Source of the DNA: Vicugna vicugna
Lineage: Eukaryota
NCBI GenBank assembly: GCA_013265495.1
Contig: MU058687.1
Span: 2,916,001 to 2,980,000, forward strand
Reading direction: 5' to 3'
DNA: 64,000 nucleotides
Shown here: positions 39,701 to 51,700 of the stretch, one piece after another
Position numbering within the stretch: position 1 is the first letter of the stretch
Layout of the letters: each line of letters begins with the position of its first letter
Program-made: the position numbers and the translations under genes
Notes under the pieces: model-generated
Told to the model about the DNA's origin: nothing
The model's input: only the letters and a program-made list of their open reading frames with translations
Databases searched by the model: none

Positions 39701-42700
39701 CCTTACAGCCTCCTCTCCCCTCTGCCTAGTCTCTGGCAGCCTCACCTTGACAGGGAGTGGATTAGGTCCACTCTAGAATGTTCTGGAAGGAATTTTAGGA
39801 CTGGGTCAAATAGATAGAAGCCCCAGAATCAGTCTTTTGAGGATTATGGGGCCATCCTCTCCCTGAGGGAGCCCAATCATTCATAACACCTTTTCCTTAC
39901 CCACCCAACCCCATAAAGGAACCGTGGAACAGCCTAGAATTTAGTCACAAACAGTTGTGTGCAATTTTGCAAGTTGCTTACACTCTCAGATTTCTTATAT
40001 GTCACATTTCTTCACTGATATCGTCCCTGTCCACCTCCGAGAGGGTTAAGAAGGGATATGTGTTCCATTTAGTGTGTGTGTGTCACTTACAAGTGACAAC
40101 ACTGTTTATTTTCTGAAACATTGGCACCTGGTAGAGATCTTAGGCTTAGTGACAGCAGAAGTGTTAATTAGAAAACCAAAGATGGGGCTCCAGGGCCATA
40201 GCCTGCCCCTATTTTGTTGTGACTTCAGAAATCTGTGCAACTAGGATAATGTTCATCACCAGTTAGCACAGGGTCAGGCACTGTGTAGAACTCAATAATT
40301 AGTAGCTACTGATGTTAACATGAGGCTGAAATTAGTACCTCCCCCATCAACCTCACAGAAAGAGCATGTCTTTGTGCCATCAGTACTGTTAAGGGGGAAA
40401 GACATTAACTGAGAACCATGTGATCCCCTCTTTTCCTGGGCAGTCCCTCTCTCTAATGCCCCTCTCCTCCAGTGACTAGTCCTTAGGAACTGCCTTCCTC
40501 TAAGGTCCTGAGAGGCATATCCAAGGCTGCAAGAATTCCCAGGAAGCGGGTGAGCCCCCACCTGTGGGATGGCCACAGTGGCTCTGGGCCCCGGCATGAG
40601 ACCCCCCAAGCCCATCATCCTCACCCCCAGACCTCTGTCTCCTCCCCCATCTCTGCAGCATCCAGGAGGATTACAAGTACATCCAGTGTGGTGTGCCCCC
40701 TCAACAGTCCTCGGTGACCACCATCGTCAAATCCTACCACTGGAGGGTCACCCTTGCCCCACACCCCAAAGACATTATTTGGTAAGCCCCCTCTGTCCCT
40801 CCCCTCTCCTTTGAGCTCCTCTGAGACTGAGGAAGGCCATAGGAGGGGAAAGGAATCAGGACCTGTCCTCCCACTTCATCGCCCACATATGGCCCCCCCC
40901 CCCGGGCCATGCCTCTCCTGGGCACCACAGCCTCTGCCCACCCCCAAACCACCCCACCACAAGCATAGAAGGCATTCAGCCTTTGGAGAAATGGTTTTTC
41001 CTTCAGACAGAATTCAGGTCTTTTTTTTTTTTTTTGGCTCACCAATGGGATATATTCAGGGCTTTTACAAATGTTGTGACCGAAGGGAAGGTCCAGGACT
41101 GTTGCTTGCAGGTGTGGGCCCAAGAGGCTGAATCAGACCAGGGAAGCCTGGTACACAGCTGGCGTGCAGGAAACAGCATGTGGGCTCTGTCTGAGGGCTG
41201 AGACCCAGGGTCCTGAGTGCATCGCCCTCCTCCATCTCTCCCCAGGAAACACCTGTCTGTCCGCCGCTTCCATTGGTGGGCCCGCTTTATCGCAATCAAC
41301 ACCTTCCTCTTCTTCCTCTTCTTCTTCCTCACCACGCCTGCCATCATCATCAACACCATCGACATGTACAACGTCACCCGCCCCATCGAGAAGCTGCAGG
41401 TGCCTCCTCTGCTTGGGCCAGGCATGGGGGCCCCAGGGAAATGAAGGAAGAACTTGGGCAAGGATGGGATGGGGGCCCACTAGAACGTGACTCCAGAGCC
41501 CATGCAATTGTGGCAGTGGCAGCAGTGTAAATGGTGGCATAGAGTTTCCTTGGTTCAAAAAGGAATAAATATGGATCGTTGTCCATCTTAGGGACTAGGG
41601 GCTGAAGAGTTGGGGAGCTGCAGGCAAGTTCTGGGGTGAGTGTGGGGGGATGGGCAGTCTAGTCAAGTGTAGCCTTGGAGGGCTTCTCTAGACTGGGTCA
41701 AGCTAAAGGTACAAGAAATGCAGCAGAAGGTGTGGCAATCATGGCAGCTCTGTTCTCCCCGAGTTCCCCAGAGCTTGGGTCCCTGGTTTGAAACTAGGAT
41801 TGAGGTTGGGGAAGAGTGAAGTCCCAAGGTGGTCCTCCTAGAGGAGCAAGCCCTCCAGACCTGTCTTCACTTCCTTCACTTTCAGACACGCCCGCTCCAG
41901 GCTGGGAGTGCTGGGCCCAGCAGGGGCTGTCCAAGTGAGGGGGTGCCTCATACAGACAGAGGTGTTCAGAAGAAGTGGACTGGCCCATTCCCAAGTTCCA
42001 TAGCCTCAAGGCTGTTGCAACGACCCTAAAGGCCCCTCTTTTCATGTTATCCCTGTCTCTGCTCCAGCAACCCCCACCCCACACACAGAGTCAAGCCGAG
42101 CGCTTCTGCTGCCGCTTACTTTTGCCCTCTTTTTTCAACTTCACTGTAGGCCCCCGGCAAGGGACCACAGCTCTCCCTGGGGATTCTTTCTCTACGCCCT
42201 CCTCCTCTCCGCCTCTTCTCACACAGCATCACAATAAAAGCAGTGTCTCCACCCTGAGATCTGAGATAGCAAAACCTGGCTCTAGCCTTGGGGCCGACTC
42301 ACTAGGGGCAGTCCAGGTGACCCCTCCAGGGACCTCAGCGTAGAAGACCTATGCCCCTTGGGGATGTCACTTGACCTTGGGGTGTCAGCCTCTGGCCGCC
42401 CCAGCCAGGCAGACCCCTGACCAGAAAGGCTGGTCAGAAAAGCCAGACCCACTGTACAGCCTCAGGGACACCAGGCCTGCTCTGGGACTGAGCTGGAGAA
42501 GAGGCCAGGGGTGTGGGAGAAGGCAGGGGAGGCCTGGAAAGGGATGGGGGATGCTTCTTGTGCATTGATGTCTCCCTGCCCTCTGCCGCTCCACCCCTGC
42601 AGAGCCCAATCGTGACCCAGTTCTTCCCCTCCCTGTTGCTCTGGGCCTTTACGGTGATAATGCCTCTGATCGTCTACCTCTCCGCCTTCCTGGAAGCCCA

Positions 42701-45700
42701 CTGGACCAGGTGAGCTGGGGGCCTCCCCTCCTAGCCCTGCTCTTGGCACTAGCTTCTTCCCCTGCTTCCCACCCCCACCAGTTTGGTGCACTCACATCCT
42801 GTCTGGCCTAAGGAACAACATTAATATGGGATGGCTTTGATGCCAGAAACCATCCCAAAAAACTAACAGATTTATTTTTATTATTTGGAAAGAGGGGACC
42901 AGATTGTCCCTAGGCCTTTGGTCTCAGGGATGCTGAGATAGGACCACCACATCTGGGGTGTGGAGTCAAAACCAAGCCCTCCTTGGGCTGTTTGCTCTGC
43001 CTCCGTCCATGCGTTAAGGATCTGGAGCTATAGGCAGAGAGAGGCAGTGCCAGGAATTCCAAGCCGAGGGCACAGGTTGAGAGGGAGAGTGGGACTTGTT
43101 GGGAAAATGTCAGGAGGGCTGTTAAGGCCACAGCAGAAGAGCCCATGCACTCAGTCTGACTGTAGACCCATGTAGCCCACACAGCGCCCACATTTTAACA
43201 ATTAAAATCTATTTCCTATTTGTTAGCCTTAATAGTTCTATAGTGGTAGCTAATTGGTTAGAAAGTATTTCTACCATACCCTGGGGCAAGTGGACCTGCT
43301 TTGGCCTGCAGGCTGCATGAGTCTCAAGTTATTTCCTGCACCGCAAGTTTCTACTATCCTATCAGGCAGTAAGCCAGGAAGTTTGTCCTAACAGTCCTTA
43401 CTGGTCTTTCCTCTGGCCAAGAACAGGGCTTCTGTTGATGGTTGAAACTCTGCAAGGATTCGGAGTATCATTGGTAATGTCCTTTTAACAGAGATGTCAA
43501 GTATATGGCATATGTGTACCCTCCCTCCCTTTCCTATGCCCAAGGCTGACATCACTAGTTGATCATGCTGTTCTTTCCTGCTGCTCCGAGCCAAGCACAG
43601 CTCACAGTGCTCCATGGAAATGGCATTGGTATACACTATCAAACCATTTTCTAGACCAGGTAACCGTCTCTCTCTCTCCATTCTGTAGTTAGGCATTTCG
43701 TTCTTAACATACCTCTCTTTGTTTCCTTCTAGGTCAAGTCAGAATCTGATCATAGTGCACAAGTGCTACATATTTCTGGTGTTCATGGTAGTCATCCTGC
43801 CCTCTATGGGACTGACCAGGTACGTCACCTCCAATTATCCTTCCTCTCTTCAGCCAGGCTCACCCTAGAGTTGGAACCTCCAAGATAACTATAGGCCCCC
43901 CGTGGTTGCTGCAAACCCATTCCTCAAATGATAGTCCAGTGCCTGGCAGGAGCCTGGCAGGAGCCTGGCATGAGCCAGGTACCATGTGAACTCTAAGCTG
44001 CCAGCCACAAACTCTGCCCTCAAAGAGTTTGTCATCCAGCTGGGGAGACAAGCCATATCTCCCAGCTAACTTACAGCCTGAGGTGGGGAGAATGCGGCCA
44101 GTGTGCAGTAGAAATTCAGAAGAGAGAGAGAACACTGTGGGAGAAATGGCTGGTGAAGTTTTCCCGGAGAGGATGGCCTCAAGCTGAGAGGCCAGAGGGT
44201 TAGGGGCAGAGGTGGCCCAGCATTAAGAAGGAAGAGAGGCAGTGTGGATTGGCCAGCTGGAAAAGTAAGATGTGAGAGTCTTTGGAGATTGAGCAAGGGA
44301 AGGTTGGAAGGAGAGAAGCCAATCCAAGAGGAATTGAACCCCAGGCCTTACTTCATAGATTTATGAACTGAGGGGTCTGCCTTATTCTTGCTTTTAGTTT
44401 GGACGTCTTCTTCCGCTGGCTCTTTGACATCTACTATCTGGAACAGGCATCCATCAGGTTCCAGTGAGTACTAGAGTGCATGTTTCAGGGGTACACTGGG
44501 GCTTCTGTGGGTTCACACCAGGTGGACATGTGTATCTCTTATTTGCTCATACAGGTAGAGGTGAACGCACGCAAACACTCTCGTTAGGCAGCCTCTTAAC
44601 ATTTCCCATGCCACGGACCCCTTTGGAAATCCAGTAAAGCCCAAGGACTCCTTCTCTGAATGAAATTTTTGAAATAATTGTGGATTCAAAAAAATTCCCC
44701 CCAAAAAATGTCCTATGTACCGTTCATCCAGTGTCCCCCGACTGTAACATCTTGCATAACTATAGTACAATATCACAGCCAGGAAACTGATGCTGATACA
44801 GTCCACAGAGCCTACGCAGATTCCGCCAGTTGTACATAGACTCTGAGTAGATGCCTTTAAATGTACAAAATACCTGAGTTATAATGAAAACCAATTACAC
44901 TGAAATACAGTTATCAAAATAGTTTAAAATTCAAATTTGTAATACTGACCTCTATTAACACATTTAATAATAGGACAATGCATTCTAAATGTAGGCAAGC
45001 AAAAGTTATGTTTTATTGTTTTAAAGGCATCAGTGTGAAAGCTGATGTTACTTAGCTAGAAGAAAAATACTTAATTAGGGCAGGGGAGTGGATTTTTGAC
45101 AAGGCAACATGCAGGTCATGTTGGGCATTCAGCCAATTTCAGGTTTTTTGGTTGTTTTTAGGGTTACAAATGTTGAAAGTCCAAATTTTCAGAGATGTAA
45201 TGTTGCAAACAACACACAAGCTTTCATAGCTTGCTTTATAGGACAAGGACTGGACTTCTCCAAGCTTTCTACATTTAAACTGTAATTGCAACAAGTTGAT
45301 TATTTTTTTCCCCAAGATGAATGAGTTCATCTTTGACTAGGTCACTATCTTCAGTACAGTGTGTTTACAGAAAGAAAAGAATTGTGAGTTCATGACTCAA
45401 CTTTGATGCCCTTGAGAAAGAAAAGCTTTTGAAGGAGTTCTGAAATATATCCAGGGAGCTCACAGATTTCTCTTTTCAAGGAAACTGACAGAATTATGTA
45501 GATGGGGACACTGGAAAGCAACAGAGATGCCTGGGTCACCCACATGAGAACAGGCAGTGTGGCCATCCATTCAGGTGACTGAATGATGCCTGCTTGAAGT
45601 TGGCCAGCTAGCTACCTCAAACACTGTGTGCAGACAGGAGAATTTTGATCATGTGAATTTAGCATGTCTAATTTAGCAGGCTGTCTAATAACTAGCATCA

Positions 45701-48700
45701 TTTTGAAGTGATGATGAGCACAAATGGTGTTAAGAGAGACCAGCAACTTGATACGGAAATACTTCATTTCAACTGGTGACAGACCTTGGCTGCTGTGATG
45801 TGCTGCCCATGTTCTTTTTTTTTTTTTTTGGACTGGAGATAGGCATGCTGCCCATGTTCTTAAAGGAAGGAAGTGCTAAATTGCAGTTAGAGGCTAGTGA
45901 GAACAAAGATTTAAGTTTTTTCCCTATTTTCTCCATATTCAAGGTCACAGGCCCCTAAAATTCTACTTATGGGCTCTCCAGGGTCTGTGGACCCAGGTCA
46001 AACACCCTTGCTTTAGCACAAGCGCATGCATGTATCTCCTGATGCATCCACACTTGCTGTAGACCACCACCATCCCTCAAAAGGGTCCTCCTTAACTTAA
46101 ATTGGGCTGGGAGCACATTTAAATAGTCGGCCATCTGTATCCACGGGTTCCACATCTTTGGATTTGACATATCGCGGATTAAAAATATTCAGGAAAAAAA
46201 TTCCAGAAAGTTCCCAAAAGCAGAACTTGAATTTTTTGTGTGCAGGTCACTATTCGCATAGTATTTACATTGTATTTGGTATTATAGATAATCTAGAGAT
46301 GATTTAGAGTATATAGGAGGAGATGCGTAGGTAATACGCAAATACTCCATTTTACACAGGGGACCTGAGCATCCCTGGATTTTGGTACCCACAGTGGGTT
46401 CTGGAACCAATCCCCTGTGGACACCTAGGGACGACTGTATATGAAAGTTACTCTCCCCATCTCTACCTCCACCCCATCCCCATTCCCTCACTACTCTTTT
46501 CTTCTCTCTCTCCTCTTCCCTCTCAATATCTCTGCCCTTTCCCTCTCCCTCGGCTTCTGCGGCTATCTTCCACCCTCCCCCACACCCAGGTGTGTGTTCC
46601 TGCCAGACAATGGTGCCTTCTTTGTCAACTACGTGATCACGGCAGCTTTGATTGGCACAGGCATGGAGCTGTTGCGCCTGGGGTCACTCTTACTGTACAC
46701 CACCCGCCTCTTCTTCTCCAGGTCGGAGCCGGAGAGAGTCCACATCAGAATGGTAAGTGACTGACCCATTCCTGAGCACAGCCCTCGGAGTTGCCCTTGG
46801 GTGGTTGGTCTAACAGGAAGAGGGCCTGTTAGAAGCCTGGGGGGATCTAAGGTGGGAGGCGCAGTGAGGTGGGGCACGGGGTGCTTCCTGGACACCAGGG
46901 TTGGAAGGGGAGATGCCGCGCTGGACAAAGACCCACAGAAGCAGCTAAGCCAAGTGGGCTAGGTCATCTCAGGACAACCCCTGCCTTCTGCCCCAGAACC
47001 AGGCCATGGACTTCCAGTACGGGCGCGAGTACGCGTGGATGTTGAACGTCTTCAGCGTGGTAATGGCGTACAGCATCACCTGCCCTATTATTGTCCCTTT
47101 TGGTGAGTCATCCATGAGGCACACCTGGGGCTGCGCGCCCTCAGGCTGGGAGGGGGAGTCAAGCCCCACCCACAGCATCAGTCTCCCCCCTGGATCCAGA
47201 GGAGTCCTGGGACAACCTGTCCAAAGGGCTGGGAGGGGCCAGGTCAGGGCCAAGCCAGTCAGGGCGCTGAGGTTGGATGGCTGTTTACAGACGATGTTTG
47301 TTGAGCAAATGACTGTTTACCCACTACTGGCAAGAGAGGTTCTGAGGGCTCAAGGGCAGCTGCTGGTCCCAGAGGTCAGCACCACGGGGCTCCCACAGCC
47401 CTCAGCCCTTGCAGCTCTGACAGAACTGAATCTGGCATCTCAGGCCTGGGGGGCCTTGGGACGGCACAGCCCTGACCGTGGAAGCAGCAGCTGAGCGTGC
47501 CCCCGTCTTCCGGCCCCCCAGGGCTTCTCTACCTGTGCATGAAGCACATCACCGACCGCTACAACATGTACTACTCCTACGCGCCCACCAAACTCAACGA
47601 GCAGATCCACACGGCCGCTGTCCAGCAGGCCATCTTTGCGCCGCTCCTGGGCCTGTTCTGGATGCTCTTCTTCTCCGTCCTACGACTGGGTAGGTACCAA
47701 GCCTGCCCGGCCATCCTGCCTCAGCCTGCTCCCCACTGCTCCGTCACCGCCAACAACAACTCTGTTAGAACAGAAAAACCTGAGAGGAGCAAGGTGTTAC
47801 TCATGGAACATGGCCAAGCCTAGTGCCTCCTCTAGGCCCAGAGGCTTGTGTTAGAGTCCTAGCAGACCCTGGACACTAAGAGGAGGACCAGCATGGTCCA
47901 AATCATATACATTTTGGTTTACAACCCTCAGGGCAAACCACCCCCCCCCATCCTATTCCTTCATTCCGACTTAAGTCCAGCAGGAAATAAAATATTAGCC
48001 ATCAATTCCCATAACATCCCCTCTGGAATCCTATAAGATGCCTGATCTTACAGGTTGCCAAAAACCTGGAGGAGGATTCAGAGTCTGCCCCAGCTGCCAG
48101 CTTTCCCCCTCCTCTTGACTATGCAGAGCTGCTGTCCCTGCCCAGGCAAGCTCAGAGACACCCTCACGGAGGGAGTCCCCACAGGCCACAGCCTGGAAGT
48201 CCCCTCTCTCTCCCCTCTCTCCCATGCCCCCGGTGGCAGTCTCAGAAGAGGCTCATGCTGACCTCCCCATCCTCCTTCGTCCCTCTACACTTGCCTTCTC
48301 TCAAGACACTTGACCTTAACCTTCTCAGTGGCGTGGAGAAGGGGAAGTCTGTGTTTTCTTACTGCCTTCACAGGGGCATCTGTCAACAGTCAGCTCACAG
48401 TCATTTGTCGTCACCCCCAATTTCCCATCCGCCTAGCTTTTCCTTGCCCTAGCGACTTCATTCTTTTTGATAATGCTTTTTTCCTAAGTATAAAGTACTA
48501 CATGTTTATTATCAAAAATAGAAAAAAAATGGAAAGATCAGAATTTGAATGACCTATCATCTCGCCTACAGCCTGATGTCTGTTGCTCCCAGACCTCATT
48601 TTGTGCATATGTTTTGAGGGACAGGACAAAGCAGGAGGGGCTTTGTTGGTTAACTGTTACTTTACAAAACTGTGGTATTTTATACCATTCAGACTGAGTT

Positions 48701-51700
48701 TCTTCACTGACCATTATGTTCTGAGCAATCTCCTGTGTTATTTAAATACTGTTTGAACATATGAGTTTTAACGGCTGCATTAAATCCTGTCAGTTATAGT
48801 CAGTTCTCCATTGTTGGATATTGAAGTTGTTTACCATTTTTTTTTTTGCTTTTATAGGAACACAATGGTAAACATTGCAGTAACTTCCAACTGCAACGAC
48901 TGATTTTTAATATTTACATAATTAGGAAATTGCTGCGGTAAAAGTTACCGAACGTCCTCAAATGAGACGTAGATGACTTTTAAATTCTGAATTGCTTTTC
49001 CGTGCCATTAGCACAGGTAACTGAGTACACTCACATCCACAGGGCTTACAAGGAAAGGTGTGGGTCTGAGATTGTATTTTGGGAGCAAAGACATAAATGA
49101 GTAGCTCAAAGGTACTTTCCAGGGACTGTGATGGGAGAGGTAACTGATGTGGAAGAGGAAGTGTTTAATGGGCACTCAAGTGGATATTTAAGCCAATTAA
49201 TTTTTTTCATGGATTCCACCAGATACCAAATTCTAAACTGGCCAAATGGCACAGAGGGATGATGCCCCTGTGTCGGGCTCATTGATCTAGCTGTTAAGAG
49301 GAGAATTGGACAGGGACGTCTCTGCCCTAGGCTCCAAACTCCAACAGAGGTGCTGAGCTAAGCCCCAGGCATTTGTCAGCCTGGGCGGTGTCTCAGCTGG
49401 CACACCTCTGCCCTCAGCTCTGATCCTCAAGCACCAAGCCCACGCCTTTCCTTCTTGCAGGTTCGCTCCACGCCATCACCTTCTTCTCCCTCTCCACTGT
49501 TATACTTTCCATAATAATTGCCTGCTTTGGGACTTTTCTGGGGAAGCTTCAGAGAGCATCTGACTATGAGGTGAGTTCCCACCCTGCCTTTCCTCTATTG
49601 GTTCTCTCTGGCCCCCCGGGAGCATAGCTCTCGGACACCCTCCTGACCGAGGCATCCATAGCACCACAATGACAAAGGTTCTTGCCAGTCTCTCTGATGA
49701 TGGGATGTACAAACTCAGTGCTGGGTGTCTGTGCTGTGAATATCCTTCCACTGGCCCCAGAATCACACCTCAGTTATGATAGGGAAATCTAGAAGACAGC
49801 TGTCCTCTCCTCTTCTCCCCTCTGACACCTCCTCCAAACCACAGGCTGCTGGCTCATCCCTCCTATGATGTAAGCCTGTCCAGCCACTGAGCTATAGGAC
49901 CATTTCAAGGGACAGAGGGTTGAGAGAGAGGATGGAGTGCAGGAGTAAAGGGGGAGGGTGGTAAAGGATAATAACCTGGGGAAAAGGGATAGTCCTCTCA
50001 CTTTTAAGAATCTCAGGATATTGAACTTGAGGCCGTCTGGAGGGGACACCTGGCTCTCTGGGCCCCATGACTCCTTTGGCTCTTTGCCAGTGGGGTCCAG
50101 CCAATTATTAGAGAAGGGAACCAACCCATGCCAACAAAACTGTGTGCTCTAGGTCAGCACTTCCCCAAGTGAGGTGACTGCAGAGGTGTATTGGAATGAT
50201 TTCCAGTAGACTGAAACATTATTTTTTCTTTTTCATGGTTACACATTTATTTTTCTAGTTAACCTTCTGCTTATGGCAACTGACACAGGTTTTCTATTTA
50301 TAATTGTGAATTGTTTCCTTTTAAAATGAATTTATATAAGAAAGAAAGTTGATTTAAAGTATTAGCATCCTGTTGAATCAGAAGAGGGAACTTCTGGGAA
50401 GAGGATCTTCTTGCTTCTGGCGGCCCTATATCTGGGGCCCTTGGGCACAAGCACTCACTGCCCTCTCCACCTGGCCCCTTCTTCCATCTGCTGGCCCAAG
50501 CCCGTGCTAGTGAAGGACCAGGGCAGATGACACCTCTGGCTCTGTCTTCCCAATACAGTGATGTCCTGGAATCTGGCTGCCCAAATGTCCACTCTAGAGA
50601 CAGAAGGTGATATCTCGTCTCATTACAGAGGTAGAGGGGGATTTTCTGGCAGGAAAGAAGATAGAGTTGAAGGCTTCTCCTAGAGTCAGGGCAGGCTCAT
50701 CTTTGAACCCCGACCTCCACTCTGCTTACTTCCCCCCATTATGGTCCTTGGGAATGGGACATTCCAGAAGGATCTCCGCAGCATCCCAGCCCTTTCTCTG
50801 TCCTCCTGGGCATCAGCCCTGACAACTGGCTGCAGGTCTGGAAAAATAGAAGATGCATTGACTTTAAGGGGAGCGAGAGGCCCAGGTACAGGGTCCAGGC
50901 TTCTCTGGATGAGGGGAGGACGAGAGCAAAGGGCGACACCCCCATCCTGTGACCTTCGTGTCCCTCCCCTCACTGCAGCCCGAGGAGGAGATGGAGACCG
51001 TGTTTGACCTGGAGCCCAGCAGCACCTCCTCCACGCCAACTTCCCTTGTGAGTCAGTGCCTTCGCCCTGGGACAGGTCAGGAGGGGGGTGCTTACAGGGT
51101 GGGCTACTCCAGAGGCCTTGTTGGGGCACCAGCAGGTAGTACCCGCCGTGGGTATTGGGGAGGAGACGGGGGTCCCCGGACTCCCCCCTCTGACGCAGCA
51201 GGACTTGGCCCAGGTCAAATTGCTGCCGTGGCCCTGGCTGAAGAGCTGGAAAGATAGAAGATCCAGGATTTACTCGACATACAATAGAAGGAACTCAGAG
51301 AGGAAGAGAAAGGTCAGGGCGAACCCAGCCACAGCGAGCTCAGTCGTGTAGACACAGGGACGTGCTGGGGCTCGGCCTCAGGACCGAAGGCTGCCTCCAA
51401 GGGCACAGGTGCCAGGCAGCGTGGCGCAGACAGAGCTGCAGCGAGCTATTGGAGTTCTGCACTGAATGGTAAGGCAGAGGGGCCGTGCAGGATGAGTGAG
51501 CCCCTCAGCTTATGAAGAGACAAGGCCAGACTCAGAGTGCAGCATCCAGCAGGCTGGGCGTTGGCTCCCACACCATGGCTCAGCCTGGAGGGCCATGAGC
51601 ACACGCCCACAGCCCAGCCACCAGTGTGGATACTGGGCCACCTATGCGTGCACTGAGCTGGGTGCCAAGTCGGCCCATGCCCTGATGCCAGGGTGCCTTG

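Larger units (their letters stand above)
44589..46010. mobile_element. Charlie4-like hAT DNA transposon with nested insertions
   Basis: Ends cagcctcttaac...ccacggacccctttgg and ggacccaggtcaaacacccttg; internal aaaccaattacactgaaatacagttatcaaaa and gctaaattgcagttagaggctagtga resemble Charlie4 as recalled. Confidence 0.7.

Noticed and set aside
47375..47387. Additional RE1-like sites (GTCAGCACCACGG here; CTCAGTGCCCTGGACAG at 24436)
   Set aside because: Only one half-site is intact, or there are mismatches in core positions; too weak to call.
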